This document shows positions 7,758-15,977 of a stretch of DNA of 16,114 bases, piece by piece. Where the stretch lies: positions 1-16,114 of the forward strand of contig JBHLRP010000066.1 in the NCBI GenBank assembly GCA_048882485.1. The letters run 5' to 3'. Position 1 is the stretch's first letter; each line of letters begins with the position of its first letter. The notes under the pieces are model-generated. The model worked only from the letters and a program-made list of their open reading frames with translations, had not been told where the DNA came from and did not search any database. Both the position numbers and the translations under genes were made by a program. Source of the stretch: Candidatus Thorarchaeota archaeon. GTDB taxonomy: Archaea; Asgardarchaeota; Thorarchaeia; Thorarchaeales; Thorarchaeaceae.

Positions 7758-9443
7758 TCAGCCCTCTGGAGTCGCAGCAAGTACCTGGCTGAGTATACTC
7801 TCATACTCACGCGAAACCCGAACATCAATGACTGCTGGCTTTCCTGAATCCAGGGCTCGTTGTAGTGCCGGTTTGATGTCTTCGGTCTTGGTCACTGTTT
7901 CTCCGTATGCGCCCAAGCTCTCTGCGAACTTATCGAGTCTTACATCTTCATTAATGATGGTTCCACGGCATGCCAGTTCCTCAGATCCTGTTTTGATGCG
8001 TCTTGTATGATATACAAGGCCCCAAGCGCAGTCGTTGCATACCACAACAACCACTGGAATGTCCTGTCGAACAGCAGTTTCCAGCTCCACACCATTGAAG
8101 AAGAAAGTGCCATCTCCACTGACAATAAACACATCTCTCTCAGGGTGAGCAGTCTTTGCAGCCAAACCGATTGGTAAACCAGCTCCCAAATGACCGAGGG
8201 GCCCCTGTGCTCCTATAATCTGCCCAGGATATTCCGCTCTTAAGTAGAGAAATGCCCAAGCAGTTGTGTCTCCCCCATCTATGATGAACATGCTCTCTGG
8301 ACTTGCGAACTCTCGAAGTTCCCGCATAAGTCGATCAGGTCTGATTGGCACTTCCACCGGGTCTGCTTCTTCGTCGAAGCCTTCGACAATCATCTGGTAC
8401 CCTGCTCTGACCTGATTGGCGAATGCTGTATCGGGTCTCTCAATCTTGGATGCCTTGGCGTAATCAAGCATTGAACGCATAACCGCCTGAGCGTCTCCCA
8501 CGATTCCCACGTCAACAGGTCTGTTCTTCCCGATGACAGATGAGTCGATATCGACATGGATTACCTTGACATCTTCTGCGTAAATAGCTGAGTCAGTGCC
8601 AAAGCCAAGAAAGCTGTCAAATCTTGCTCCAATTGTAAGCATCACATCTGCCTGGCTCAGAAATAGGTTTGCCTGTGCTACTGCATTGCCAATGAACAGG
8701 TCATGACTCTGCGGAATGCATCCAAGAGCAAGAAACTCGCAGGCTACAGGGATGTTCATCATCTCAGCGAGATTTACTAGCTCCTTTGCAGCTCCGGACC
8801 AATAGACTCCGCTACCTGCCAGAATCACTGGGCGCTCTGCACCTGCGAGCAGTTCTACTGCTTTCTTTATGCTTTCAACATCTCCTGTAGTTCTTCCTGT
8901 GGGTCGGAATGAATCAGGTGTGAAATCTATGTCAGTACAGGAACTCGACTGTATGTCCTTTGGAATCTCCAAGACTACAGGCCCTTTCTTTCCAGACATG
9001 GCTTCAGAGAATGCCATTCGAATATACTTCCCCACCTGCTTCGGATTTCTACATCGAGCAGCCCATTTGGTGAACGGCTCCACCATCTTAACCGCATCAA
9101 TGTCCTCGAAGGCATCCATCTCTGACATATCCACAGGCGCGGCAGAGGTGATTGCGACCATCGGGCTTCCAGCTTGATACGCTTGCACCAGAGATGGCAG
9201 GAGATTTACGAGACCTGGCCCCATTGGGACAAAACAGACGCCCGGAGTGCGTGTGACCCTTCCCCAGCCATCCGCCGCATTCCCTGCGGCCTGTTCATGT
9301 CTGACGGCCACCACCTTCACTCCTTTATCAATGAGTTCATCGAGGATTGAGAGGATAGATGCGTCTGCCAGGGTGAATACTGTATTGACTTTCTCTGCTA
9401 TAATTGCTCTTGCAGCGACCTGAGCGCCAGTTGGCTCAGTCAC
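7758..9443 (-). CDS. Thiamine-diphosphate-dependent enzyme, acetolactate-synthase superfamily (ILVBL/2-hydroxyacyl-CoA lyase/benzaldehyde lyase-like)
   Basis: Motifs are RHEQAAGNAADGWGRVT, GPGLVN, GPVVLEIPKD, DGGD, GPLGHLGAGLP and the ThDP motif GDGTFFFNGVELETAVRQDIPVVVVVCNDCAWG. The GTG start overlaps the MFS stop (GTGA) and has SD GAGGAGGT. Confidence 0.92.
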   Translation of the reverse strand: MTEPTGAQVAARAIIAEKVNTVFTLADASILSILDELIDKGVKVVAVRHEQAAGNAADGWGRVTRTPGVCFVPMGPGLVNLLPSLVQAYQAGSPMVAITSAAPVDMSEMDAFEDIDAVKMVEPFTKWAARCRNPKQVGKYIRMAFSEAMSGKKGPVVLEIPKDIQSSSCTDIDFTPDSFRPTGRTTGDVESIKKAVELLAGAERPVILAGSGVYWSGAAKELVNLAEMMNIPVACEFLALGCIPQSHDLFIGNAVAQANLFLSQADVMLTIGARFDSFLGFGTDSAIYAEDVKVIHVDIDSSVIGKNRPVDVGIVGDAQAVMRSMLDYAKASKIERPDTAFANQVRAGYQMIVEGFDEEADPVEVPIRPDRLMRELREFASPESMFIIDGGDTTAWAFLYLRAEYPGQIIGAQGPLGHLGAGLPIGLAAKTAHPERDVFIVSGDGTFFFNGVELETAVRQDIPVVVVVCNDCAWGLVYHTRRIKTGSEELACRGTIINEDVRLDKFAESLGAYGETVTKTEDIKPALQRALDSGKPAVIDVRVSREYESILSQVLAATPEG

Positions 9444-10684
9444 TGGGTCAATACCTCCTCTTCAACTCGGCTCATATCAATTCCAGCAGTTTCAGGTAGA
9501 GTGAATGGAAGGAAGACCATTAATACAAAGCCAATGATTGCAAGCATCATACCAAGTGATACACCTACCATTGTAGCCAGTATACCAACAAACCAACCAC
9601 CAAAGGATAGACCTCTTGCAAGGCTGAATATTACGGAAGTGGCTGCAGCCCTTGATTCGGTCGGGAACATCTCAGAAGCCCAAACACCAAACAGTGCATG
9701 ACTCCCGAATCCTGCAGGAATAATAAACAATGCCATTACAGCTAGGTCTCTTACTGGAGTAATTATTGCGAATACACCCAACATAATTGTAGCAATGAGT
9801 CCAACAATGGCTGATAGCACGAAGCTAATTCTCCGTCCAAATTTATCACCCAATAATCCGAATACAGGCAGAATCAGCATTGCAACCAATGATATCAGTG
9901 TGATAATTAGGCCTGCTTCTGTTTCAGTATACGCCAATTCGACTCGTAGGAAATAGGGTCCCCAATCAACTATTGCATGATAAGCAAACTCTGCAGCCCA
10001 GAATAGCACAACGGCAAGGATCAATAGCTTTCCTAATCCCTGTCTAAAGACTTGACTTATCCCAGTTCTTATCGGCACCCCCATTTCTCTTTCTTTCTCG
10101 TCCAGTCTTTCCCATAACTTAGATTCAGGTATGGTGAAGTACAGAATCAAGATTAACGGAATTACCAAGAGCGTAACAAGGAAAGTATTCCTCCAGCCAT
10201 AAACAGGAGCGATTGTTGCTGATGCAACTGCAGAGAGAATGTATCCAACAAGGAACATTGAGTGCATCAAACCACCAAAGAGTCCTCTACGCTTGGGCGC
10301 GAAGACCTCACCAAGAAGTGCATAAGCAATGCCCCATGAAACCCCCATACCTGAAAGGATTCGTAGAATTGCCAGGATCTCGAATGTAGGTGCAACAGCG
10401 GTCATCGCAGTGAGTATAGCATCCCATAGCACTGAGAAAAGCAGGAAATTCTTCCTGCCGTATCGGTCTGCAAGATTCCCAAACAGAATCGCCCCTGGTA
10501 CTGTCGCTACATATTGCGCTGAGAAGACAAAACCTATTGCCGCCTCGTCAACACCAAAAGCTGTTTGTATATCAAGTGATAGCATGTTTATGATAGTGAG
10601 TCCTACCGCGTCAAAGGCCCATCCAAGAGCACATGCTAAAAAGACTAGGATTTTCTCCTTTCTACTATACGTATCCTCGCTCAT
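9440..10684 (-). CDS. MFS transporter (carboxylate/aromatic acid:H+ symporter-like)
   Basis: It has about 12 hydrophobic segments, GWAFDAV in TM1, motif A twice (GNLADRYGRK and GLLGDKFGRR), GEVFAPKRRG and SEMFPTESRAAA...LPET. The likely start is ATG 10684 (MSEDT). Confidence 0.92.
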   Translation of the reverse strand: MSEDTYSRKEKILVFLACALGWAFDAVGLTIINMLSLDIQTAFGVDEAAIGFVFSAQYVATVPGAILFGNLADRYGRKNFLLFSVLWDAILTAMTAVAPTFEILAILRILSGMGVSWGIAYALLGEVFAPKRRGLFGGLMHSMFLVGYILSAVASATIAPVYGWRNTFLVTLLVIPLILILYFTIPESKLWERLDEKEREMGVPIRTGISQVFRQGLGKLLILAVVLFWAAEFAYHAIVDWGPYFLRVELAYTETEAGLIITLISLVAMLILPVFGLLGDKFGRRISFVLSAIVGLIATIMLGVFAIITPVRDLAVMALFIIPAGFGSHALFGVWASEMFPTESRAAATSVIFSLARGLSFGGWFVGILATMVGVSLGMMLAIIGFVLMVFLPFTLPETAGIDMSRVEEEVLTQ

Positions 10685-10749
10685 TCTGACACTTCCTGCT
10701 CTTCCATCAGTCAACTTGGGAGTCGGAGCTGAACCGGGGTAATTTTGAA

Positions 10750-10826
10750 TCCAACTAAAAGACCTTTTGGAGAGCTTGGCCCCTTGAAACGCTACCTATT
10801 TAGAACCCTTTTGGAGAACGTTTCAA
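10750..10826. promoter_or_regulatory. Direct and inverted repeats in the divergent MFS/M28 promoter region
   Basis: CCTTTTGGAGA occurs at 10763-10773 and 10807-10817. TTGAAACG (10784-10791) and CGTTTCAA (10819-10826) form an inverted repeat. Confidence 0.45.
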
Positions 10827-10858
10827 CCCAATGAGATCAGCAGCACGGAGGAAGAAGA

Positions 10859-12040
10859 TTGTCAATACTCGACTCAATCAAGAACCATGTTCACCATCTC
10901 TCTGTAGAGATTGGTCCAAGAGGCTCAGCGACTCCTCAAGAGAAAAGAGCAGCTGCATATGCAGAAGAAGTCTACAAGAGTTTGGGGCTAACACCCATAA
11001 CCGAGGAATTCAGAAGTGCAAAATCTGCTTGGCATCCTTTTGCACTTAGCACCTTCCTTGTGCTCGCATCTGAACTGATATTCCTATATGGTGATTTCTT
11101 GGGAGCAATTGTAGCGTCTCTCATCACAGGATTGATGCTGATTTCTCTTGTACAAGAGCTATCTTTCAAAGCTAATCCTCTTCGTTGGATTCTACCAAAA
11201 GGGCAGAGTCAAAATGTTTCAGCAGTGATAGAGCCATACTCTGAAGTGAAGCAGTCTATCGTCCTAGTAGGACACTTAGACACGCATAGAACGCCAATAT
11301 CCCATCGATCACTGCGCTGGTTTTCAATCTTCAACAGATTGACTACTTTGACTTTCGTCAGTGCTATTCTGATGCTAATTCTATTTCTTATTCAAATCTT
11401 CTTCATCTTTGAGATTGTCGTTTACATCACTATCATTCTCAGTATCCCAGTGCTGTTACTCTTCCCCATGGCGTTCACTGCTGATTTCACCCCATACTCT
11501 ACTGGTGCAAATGACAATGCATCTGGTGCCGCCATGACTATGGGTTTGGCTGAGAAGGCGACCAGCGAACCACTACAGAACAGTCGGGTTTGGGCAGTCA
11601 ATGTTGGGTGTGAAGAAGTTGGAGCTTATGGATCAGCAGCATGGCTTGAATCTCATCTTGATGAAATTGGAGATGCTGTGTACCTGAATCTAGACAACAT
11701 AGGAGGTTCAGAAGCAGGACCTTGCTATCTTACCAGAGAAACCATGATTTTCCCGTTCGTATATGACACTGAGCTCATAGCGTTGGCTGATCGTTTGGCG
11801 GAAGAAAATCCAGAGCTTAGGGCTTATTCAAGAGAACAGAAGGCCGCCTACACCGACGGAGCACTTGGAATCAAAGCTGGATTGAGCTGTCTAACTTTCG
11901 TGGGTTATACACCAGAAGGCGTCATTCCCCACTGGCATCAGCAGAGTGATGTCTTCGAGAATATAGATTGGGACGTCATGGAACGCACATTCAATTTCGT
12001 CTGGCTCTTGATGAAGGCAATTGATGAAAGGGTCGCGTAA
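10859..12040 (+). CDS. M28 family zinc peptidase/hydrolase with two inserted transmembrane hairpins
   Basis: Motifs are IGPRGSAT, GHLDT, GANDNASG, GCEEVGAYGS, LNLDNIG, TDG and HWHQQSD. Hydrophobic blocks lie at about aa 60-100 and aa 160-206. The TTG start has SD GGAGG. Confidence 0.92.
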   Translation: MSILDSIKNHVHHLSVEIGPRGSATPQEKRAAAYAEEVYKSLGLTPITEEFRSAKSAWHPFALSTFLVLASELIFLYGDFLGAIVASLITGLMLISLVQELSFKANPLRWILPKGQSQNVSAVIEPYSEVKQSIVLVGHLDTHRTPISHRSLRWFSIFNRLTTLTFVSAILMLILFLIQIFFIFEIVVYITIILSIPVLLLFPMAFTADFTPYSTGANDNASGAAMTMGLAEKATSEPLQNSRVWAVNVGCEEVGAYGSAAWLESHLDEIGDAVYLNLDNIGGSEAGPCYLTRETMIFPFVYDTELIALADRLAEENPELRAYSREQKAAYTDGALGIKAGLSCLTFVGYTPEGVIPHWHQQSDVFENIDWDVMERTFNFVWLLMKAIDERVA

Positions 12041-13207
12041 CTAGCTTCGAAACTCTGCCTTGACCTGTTCCATGAGTTCAGAGTCAGTAAGAAGATCAAT
12101 TGCTGTCATGGCGAGGGCTTTAGCAGCACTTAGCATTACATTATTCCCTCGTTCTGATACGGAGGCTTCAGCAAATTCCTTTGAATGACCAGCCACGTTC
12201 TTATCGCATATCGAAATGTAGGGATGAATTGCTGGAACTACTTGACTGACATTGCCTATATCACTGGACCCGCCGCTTCCTTCTGGCAATTCAGTCATTG
12301 GCTCGCCAATAGCCTCCAGATTCTTGATCCATGCCTCTCCCATAGCTTTGTTCATCTTTCTAGATTGATAGGATGGTTCGATAATCTCGAAATTCAGAGT
12401 TGCCCCCGTCGCATTTGCTGCCCCCTTAGCACAATTCTCAACTTTTCCTACTAGTTCAGCACAGTACTCATCATCTGGAGCCCGAACATAGAAATCCGCA
12501 GCAGCATAATCAGGTACGATGTTGGGCTTCACACCGCCATGTGTAATGACTCCGTGAATTCTGGACATACTTTTGATATGTTGACGTAGCGCATTGATTC
12601 CATTGAAAGTCTGAATGACGGCGTCTAGTGCATTGATTCCTTTCTCTGGACTTGCAGCAGCATGCGAGGATTTTCCGCGGAATTCGATCTTCACTTCAGT
12701 CAGAGCGAGACCCTGCCTGCCAACCACAGTGTATCCTGATGATGGGTGGAACATCATTGCCGCGTCGACATCCTTGAATATGCCTGCGTCGACCATGGCA
12801 ATCTTTCCTCCAATGTCCTCCTCAGCTGGCGTACCCAAGAAAATCAATTTGCCAGGCAAATCCTTCTTGATGTTTCCAAGAGCAAGGCAAGCACCGAGTG
12901 CAGCACTTCCAATCAAATTGTGACCGCACGCATGACCTATCTCTGGCAACGCATCATATTCTGCCAAGATAGCTATTGATGGTCCATCTGATTTGTCAGG
13001 ATGAACTGCACGAATCGCAGTATCCATCCCTGCTACTCCTAGCTCAACTTCAAACCCAGCTTTTTTCAACTCGTCCGCAAGGCGACGACTAGCCTTGACT
13101 TCCTCGAATGCAACCTCTGGATTATCATACATCTCCTCACTGACATCAATCAGGAGATTGCGATTCTCATCAACGATTTCTAATGCCTTGTCTTTCCACA
13201 TCGTCAT
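12041..13207 (-). CDS. M20D family amidohydrolase (PM20D2/Acy1L2/AbgB-like)
   Basis: Motifs are NPEVAFEE, AEYDALPEIGHACGHNLIG, GTPAEE, MFHP, HAAASPEKGINALDA, GGVKPNIVPD, GSSDIGNVSQVVPAIHPY and GHS. The likely start is ATG 13207 or 13201 rather than 13258. Confidence 0.93.
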   Translation of the reverse strand: MTMWKDKALEIVDENRNLLIDVSEEMYDNPEVAFEEVKASRRLADELKKAGFEVELGVAGMDTAIRAVHPDKSDGPSIAILAEYDALPEIGHACGHNLIGSAALGACLALGNIKKDLPGKLIFLGTPAEEDIGGKIAMVDAGIFKDVDAAMMFHPSSGYTVVGRQGLALTEVKIEFRGKSSHAAASPEKGINALDAVIQTFNGINALRQHIKSMSRIHGVITHGGVKPNIVPDYAAADFYVRAPDDEYCAELVGKVENCAKGAANATGATLNFEIIEPSYQSRKMNKAMGEAWIKNLEAIGEPMTELPEGSGGSSDIGNVSQVVPAIHPYISICDKNVAGHSKEFAEASVSERGNNVMLSAAKALAMTAIDLLTDSELMEQVKAEFRS

Positions 13208-13355
13208 ACATTGTGGTGCGAGCAATCCGCATCTTGAAGTTTCCCATATATGTACCATGAATGCTGGTTTGGTGAAGCGCCTATTCGTTCAAATGACTCT
13301 CGATACCAAAACCTCTATATTTCAGATAAAATTCGCAAGCCGCGGAGCTCTGCAT

Positions 13356-13577
13356 ATGACCAATGCCTGCCGGGACGGCGAATGCCGACGTAGGATACAA
13401 GATATTGACAATGCTATTAGACCTGAGAAGAACGTATGGTCTATCATGCTTGAGAGTTCTCAAGACCTAGATGATGTGAATCATGCTCTCCGGTTCTGCG
13501 AGGTGTTTCGTTTGGAAGCCAAGGTCATGATAGACTCCCGAGGTCTTGAGGTTCTAGTCAGAGACGATTTCATTTGA
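13356..13577 (+). CDS. Small hypothetical protein (73 aa, MTNACRDGECRRRIQDID...)
   Basis: This is the 3' part of track ORF 13095..13577, which fills an otherwise empty gap. ATG 13356 has GGAG upstream and TATATTT about 35-40 bp upstream. I recognise no domain. Confidence 0.55.
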   Translation: MTNACRDGECRRRIQDIDNAIRPEKNVWSIMLESSQDLDDVNHALRFCEVFRLEAKVMIDSRGLEVLVRDDFI

Positions 13578-13596
13578 CTTCCTTAGAGTTTGGCAA

Positions 13597-14019
13597 TTAT
13601 TTCATCCGCTTCTTCTCTTCCCTCTGAACCTTCCACAAAGTACGCATGAATAGCTGATTCAAGACTCGGCGCCACTCAGTTTCTGCTTGCGTCAAATTCT
13701 TCCCTTTCATAATCTCCTTGTGCAATTTCTCCAAGTCGTTTCCTGCTTGGTCAATAATAGCTATGGCTTTTTTGTTAGCTTCAGCTTCGGTTGCATCTTC
13801 AAGAATGGCCAGCATCCTGTTCTTCATCATGTTCCAGTCTATATCGTGGCCAATCGAGATTATAGGACCCGAAATAATTAGAACCTTCAGGCTGTCCATT
13901 TCCTTTCTCCATGGCTGGAGTGCCTTGGAAGTGATTACTTCTGGCAAGAAGAGAATAAAATAATCAGAAAGAGACTCTACTGCTGTATCGAAGGATTTGC
14001 TCTCATAGAACTCTTTCAT
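13597..14019 (-). CDS. Hypothetical, probably all-helical protein (140 aa)
   Basis: The ORF is open with K/E/L-rich amphipathic composition. ATG 14019 is preceded by GGTGTGTGGG and has a clear TTTATATC box about 33 bp upstream. Confidence 0.75.
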   Translation of the reverse strand: MKEFYESKSFDTAVESLSDYFILFLPEVITSKALQPWRKEMDSLKVLIISGPIISIGHDIDWNMMKNRMLAILEDATEAEANKKAIAIIDQAGNDLEKLHKEIMKGKNLTQAETEWRRVLNQLFMRTLWKVQREEKKRMK

Positions 14020-14049
14020 CCCACACACCGTGGCTGCATTTGGTTTTCT

Positions 14050-14062
14050 GATATAAATCTCT
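14050..14062 (-). promoter_or_regulatory. Candidate archaeal BRE/TATA box AGAGATTTATATC
   Basis: A purine-rich stretch followed by TTTATA sits upstream of the 140-aa ORF. The same AGAGATTTAT 10-mer occurs upstream of the LLM gene. Confidence 0.5.
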
Positions 14063-14068
14063 GTTCTA

Positions 14069-14890
14069 TCAAAAGCCTAGCAACGATTCTCTCTTCGCTA
14101 CTGAATCTAGCATTCCTCCGCCATCAACATTGATCACTTCGCCAACAATGAAGCTGGCAGCGTCAGAAGCCAAGAACAAGATAGTGTTGGCAATGTCTTC
14201 TGGTTTACCAACACGCTTCAACGGGACCTCTACTCGAACGTAGGCGTCAACCTTTTCCTGCGTCCAGCCGCCTTCACGGCTTCCGATTTCTTCAGGTGTC
14301 CATGTTTCAATAAGCCCTGGAGTGATGCAATTGACATTGATGCCAAAGGGGGCTAGGTCTCCAGCGAGGCCCTTCGTCAGACCAATCATTCCGGCTTTGC
14401 TGGCAGGGTATTGAACACCGGAGGAGAGACTGCCAGTGACTCCTGCACCACTGGATATGTTGATGATTTTGCCCGATATCTGGGGAATCATCTTCTTAGC
14501 AACAGCCTGAGCACAGTGAAATGCACCAGTCAAGTTCACAGCAATCACCTTGTCCCAGGTCTTTTGTGGGATTTCAGTGACCAACGCGTATCCTCCAGAA
14601 ACAAAAGCATTGTTAACAAGAATATCAATCCGACCAAACTTGTTGAACACTTCCTCAACCATGACATCTACTTCCAGCTTCTTGGAAACATCAACTGTGA
14701 AAGCTTCTGCGTTGAGTCCCTTTGCTTGGATATCAGATGCGACCTTTTCTGCCCCTTCACCGTTGATGTCCACAACGATAGATATTGCACCACGTTCAGC
14801 AAACGACCATGCTGTGGTCGCACCAATTCCTCTAGCTGCTCCAGTCACAATTGCCACTTTATCTTTGAACTCCATCTTTTCATTCCTCAT
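14069..14890 (-). CDS. Classical short-chain dehydrogenase/reductase (FabG-like, probably NAD-preferring)
   Basis: Motifs are TGAARGIG, VVDIN (Asp at the end of beta2), LVNNA, NISS, YPASK, PGLIET and GEVINVDGG. The start overlaps the LLM stop (ATGA). Confidence 0.94.
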   Translation of the reverse strand: MRNEKMEFKDKVAIVTGAARGIGATTAWSFAERGAISIVVDINGEGAEKVASDIQAKGLNAEAFTVDVSKKLEVDVMVEEVFNKFGRIDILVNNAFVSGGYALVTEIPQKTWDKVIAVNLTGAFHCAQAVAKKMIPQISGKIINISSGAGVTGSLSSGVQYPASKAGMIGLTKGLAGDLAPFGINVNCITPGLIETWTPEEIGSREGGWTQEKVDAYVRVEVPLKRVGKPEDIANTILFLASDAASFIVGEVINVDGGGMLDSVAKRESLLGF

Positions 14891-15867
14891 CTGAATTCCG
14901 GCATAACGTGTTCAGCGAATAGCCGTAAGCCTCGCTTACTTGGAAAGTCTTCAAACCGGAGGGTGAAGTAGGTTATTCCAACCTCTTTGAGAGATTCAAA
15001 CATCTCAACAATCTCCTCGGGAGTTCCCATTTGAACCACGAAGGGATTATCTGGTATGTCCTTCAGCCGCTGGACTTCAGCAGCATATTTGCTGAATTCC
15101 CTTTCATTCTCATAGATCCAGAACCAACAGCCCCATGAGAAGACTATATCCTTGAAGTTCCGCCCATATTCTTCACAGGTCTTCTCAACGAAACTGAGTC
15201 GCTCTCCCAAGTCGTCTAGATTCATGCCACCATAGATGTCGATGTGGTCTGCATATTCTGAAGCAACTCGGAGTGTACGGTTTCCTCGAGCCCCGATTAC
15301 AATGGGAAACGGCTTCTGAATAGTCTTGGGTTCACAGATGAGGTCCTTGACTTGGAAGTACTTCCCTTCATATGATATCTTACCCTCCTTTGAAAACATC
15401 AGGTTCATCAGCTCGATTGTTTCTACCATCTGCGCAAGTCGAATCTTATGTGCAGGATATGGAAAACCGAATGCCTCATACTCATAAGGTGTCCACCCGA
15501 GGCCTAGCCCAAGGGGATATAGGCGACCATCCGCAATTTGATCTAGTGTCGCAATCTCTTTGATGAAGAGGGAGGGATTTGGGAGATACCGCATTGTGTT
15601 TACTGTCAGGGTTCCAATGGTGACTCGCTTCGTGGCCTCGGCCAGGGCGGCTATTGTGGACCAGCAGGCAAGACGAGAAACATCGTCCATTGGATGGTCT
15701 GGCATGATGACTGAATCAAATCCTAGCCGTTCACATTCTTGTGCGACTTCTCGTACCAATGGCCACTGGATTCGCTCGTATGGTGTGATGTTAATGTTCT
15801 CACTATCAGAAGCGACAGTAGAGATTACACGACTCAGTCTAGCACCGAATTTGATTCTCTGCTTCAA
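14887..15867 (-). CDS. LLM (luciferase-like) class oxidoreductase, possibly F420-dependent
   Basis: Motifs are CERLGFDSVIMPDH, WSTIAALAEATKRVTIGTLTV, ATLDQIADGR..LGLGLGW...EYEAFGFPYP, YEGKYFQVKD..CEPKTIQKP and GTPEEI. The TTG start has SD AGGAG. Confidence 0.92.
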   Translation of the reverse strand: MKQRIKFGARLSRVISTVASDSENINITPYERIQWPLVREVAQECERLGFDSVIMPDHPMDDVSRLACWSTIAALAEATKRVTIGTLTVNTMRYLPNPSLFIKEIATLDQIADGRLYPLGLGLGWTPYEYEAFGFPYPAHKIRLAQMVETIELMNLMFSKEGKISYEGKYFQVKDLICEPKTIQKPFPIVIGARGNRTLRVASEYADHIDIYGGMNLDDLGERLSFVEKTCEEYGRNFKDIVFSWGCWFWIYENEREFSKYAAEVQRLKDIPDNPFVVQMGTPEEIVEMFESLKEVGITYFTLRFEDFPSKRGLRLFAEHVMPEFR

Positions 15868-15902
15868 TAGATACGACTCCTAGCCGAAATCACAGCGAAT
15901 CA

Positions 15903-15915
15903 GTGATAAATCTCT
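15903..15915 (-). promoter_or_regulatory. Candidate BRE/TATA-like box AGAGATTTATCAC for the LLM-SDR operon
   Basis: It lies about 37-40 bp upstream of TTG 15867 and shares AGAGATTTAT with the box at 14053-14062. Confidence 0.4.
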
Positions 15916-15977
15916 ACCTAGTCGTTTCTTGGAATAGTCACCACCCTAGCCACCTCATCATAATGAATCTAGGTCTA

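Noticed and set aside
13095-13355. N-terminal 87 aa of track ORF 13095..13577, and minus ORF 13281..13463
   Set aside because: The first overlaps the M20 gene and its promoter, and a better start exists at 13356. The second is its antisense shadow.
14411-14971. Long plus-strand ORFs (186 aa and 114 aa) opposite the SDR, and similar shadow ORFs opposite the MFS, M20, ThDP and LLM genes
   Set aside because: They are antisense shadows of well-supported genes, with no motifs or start signals.
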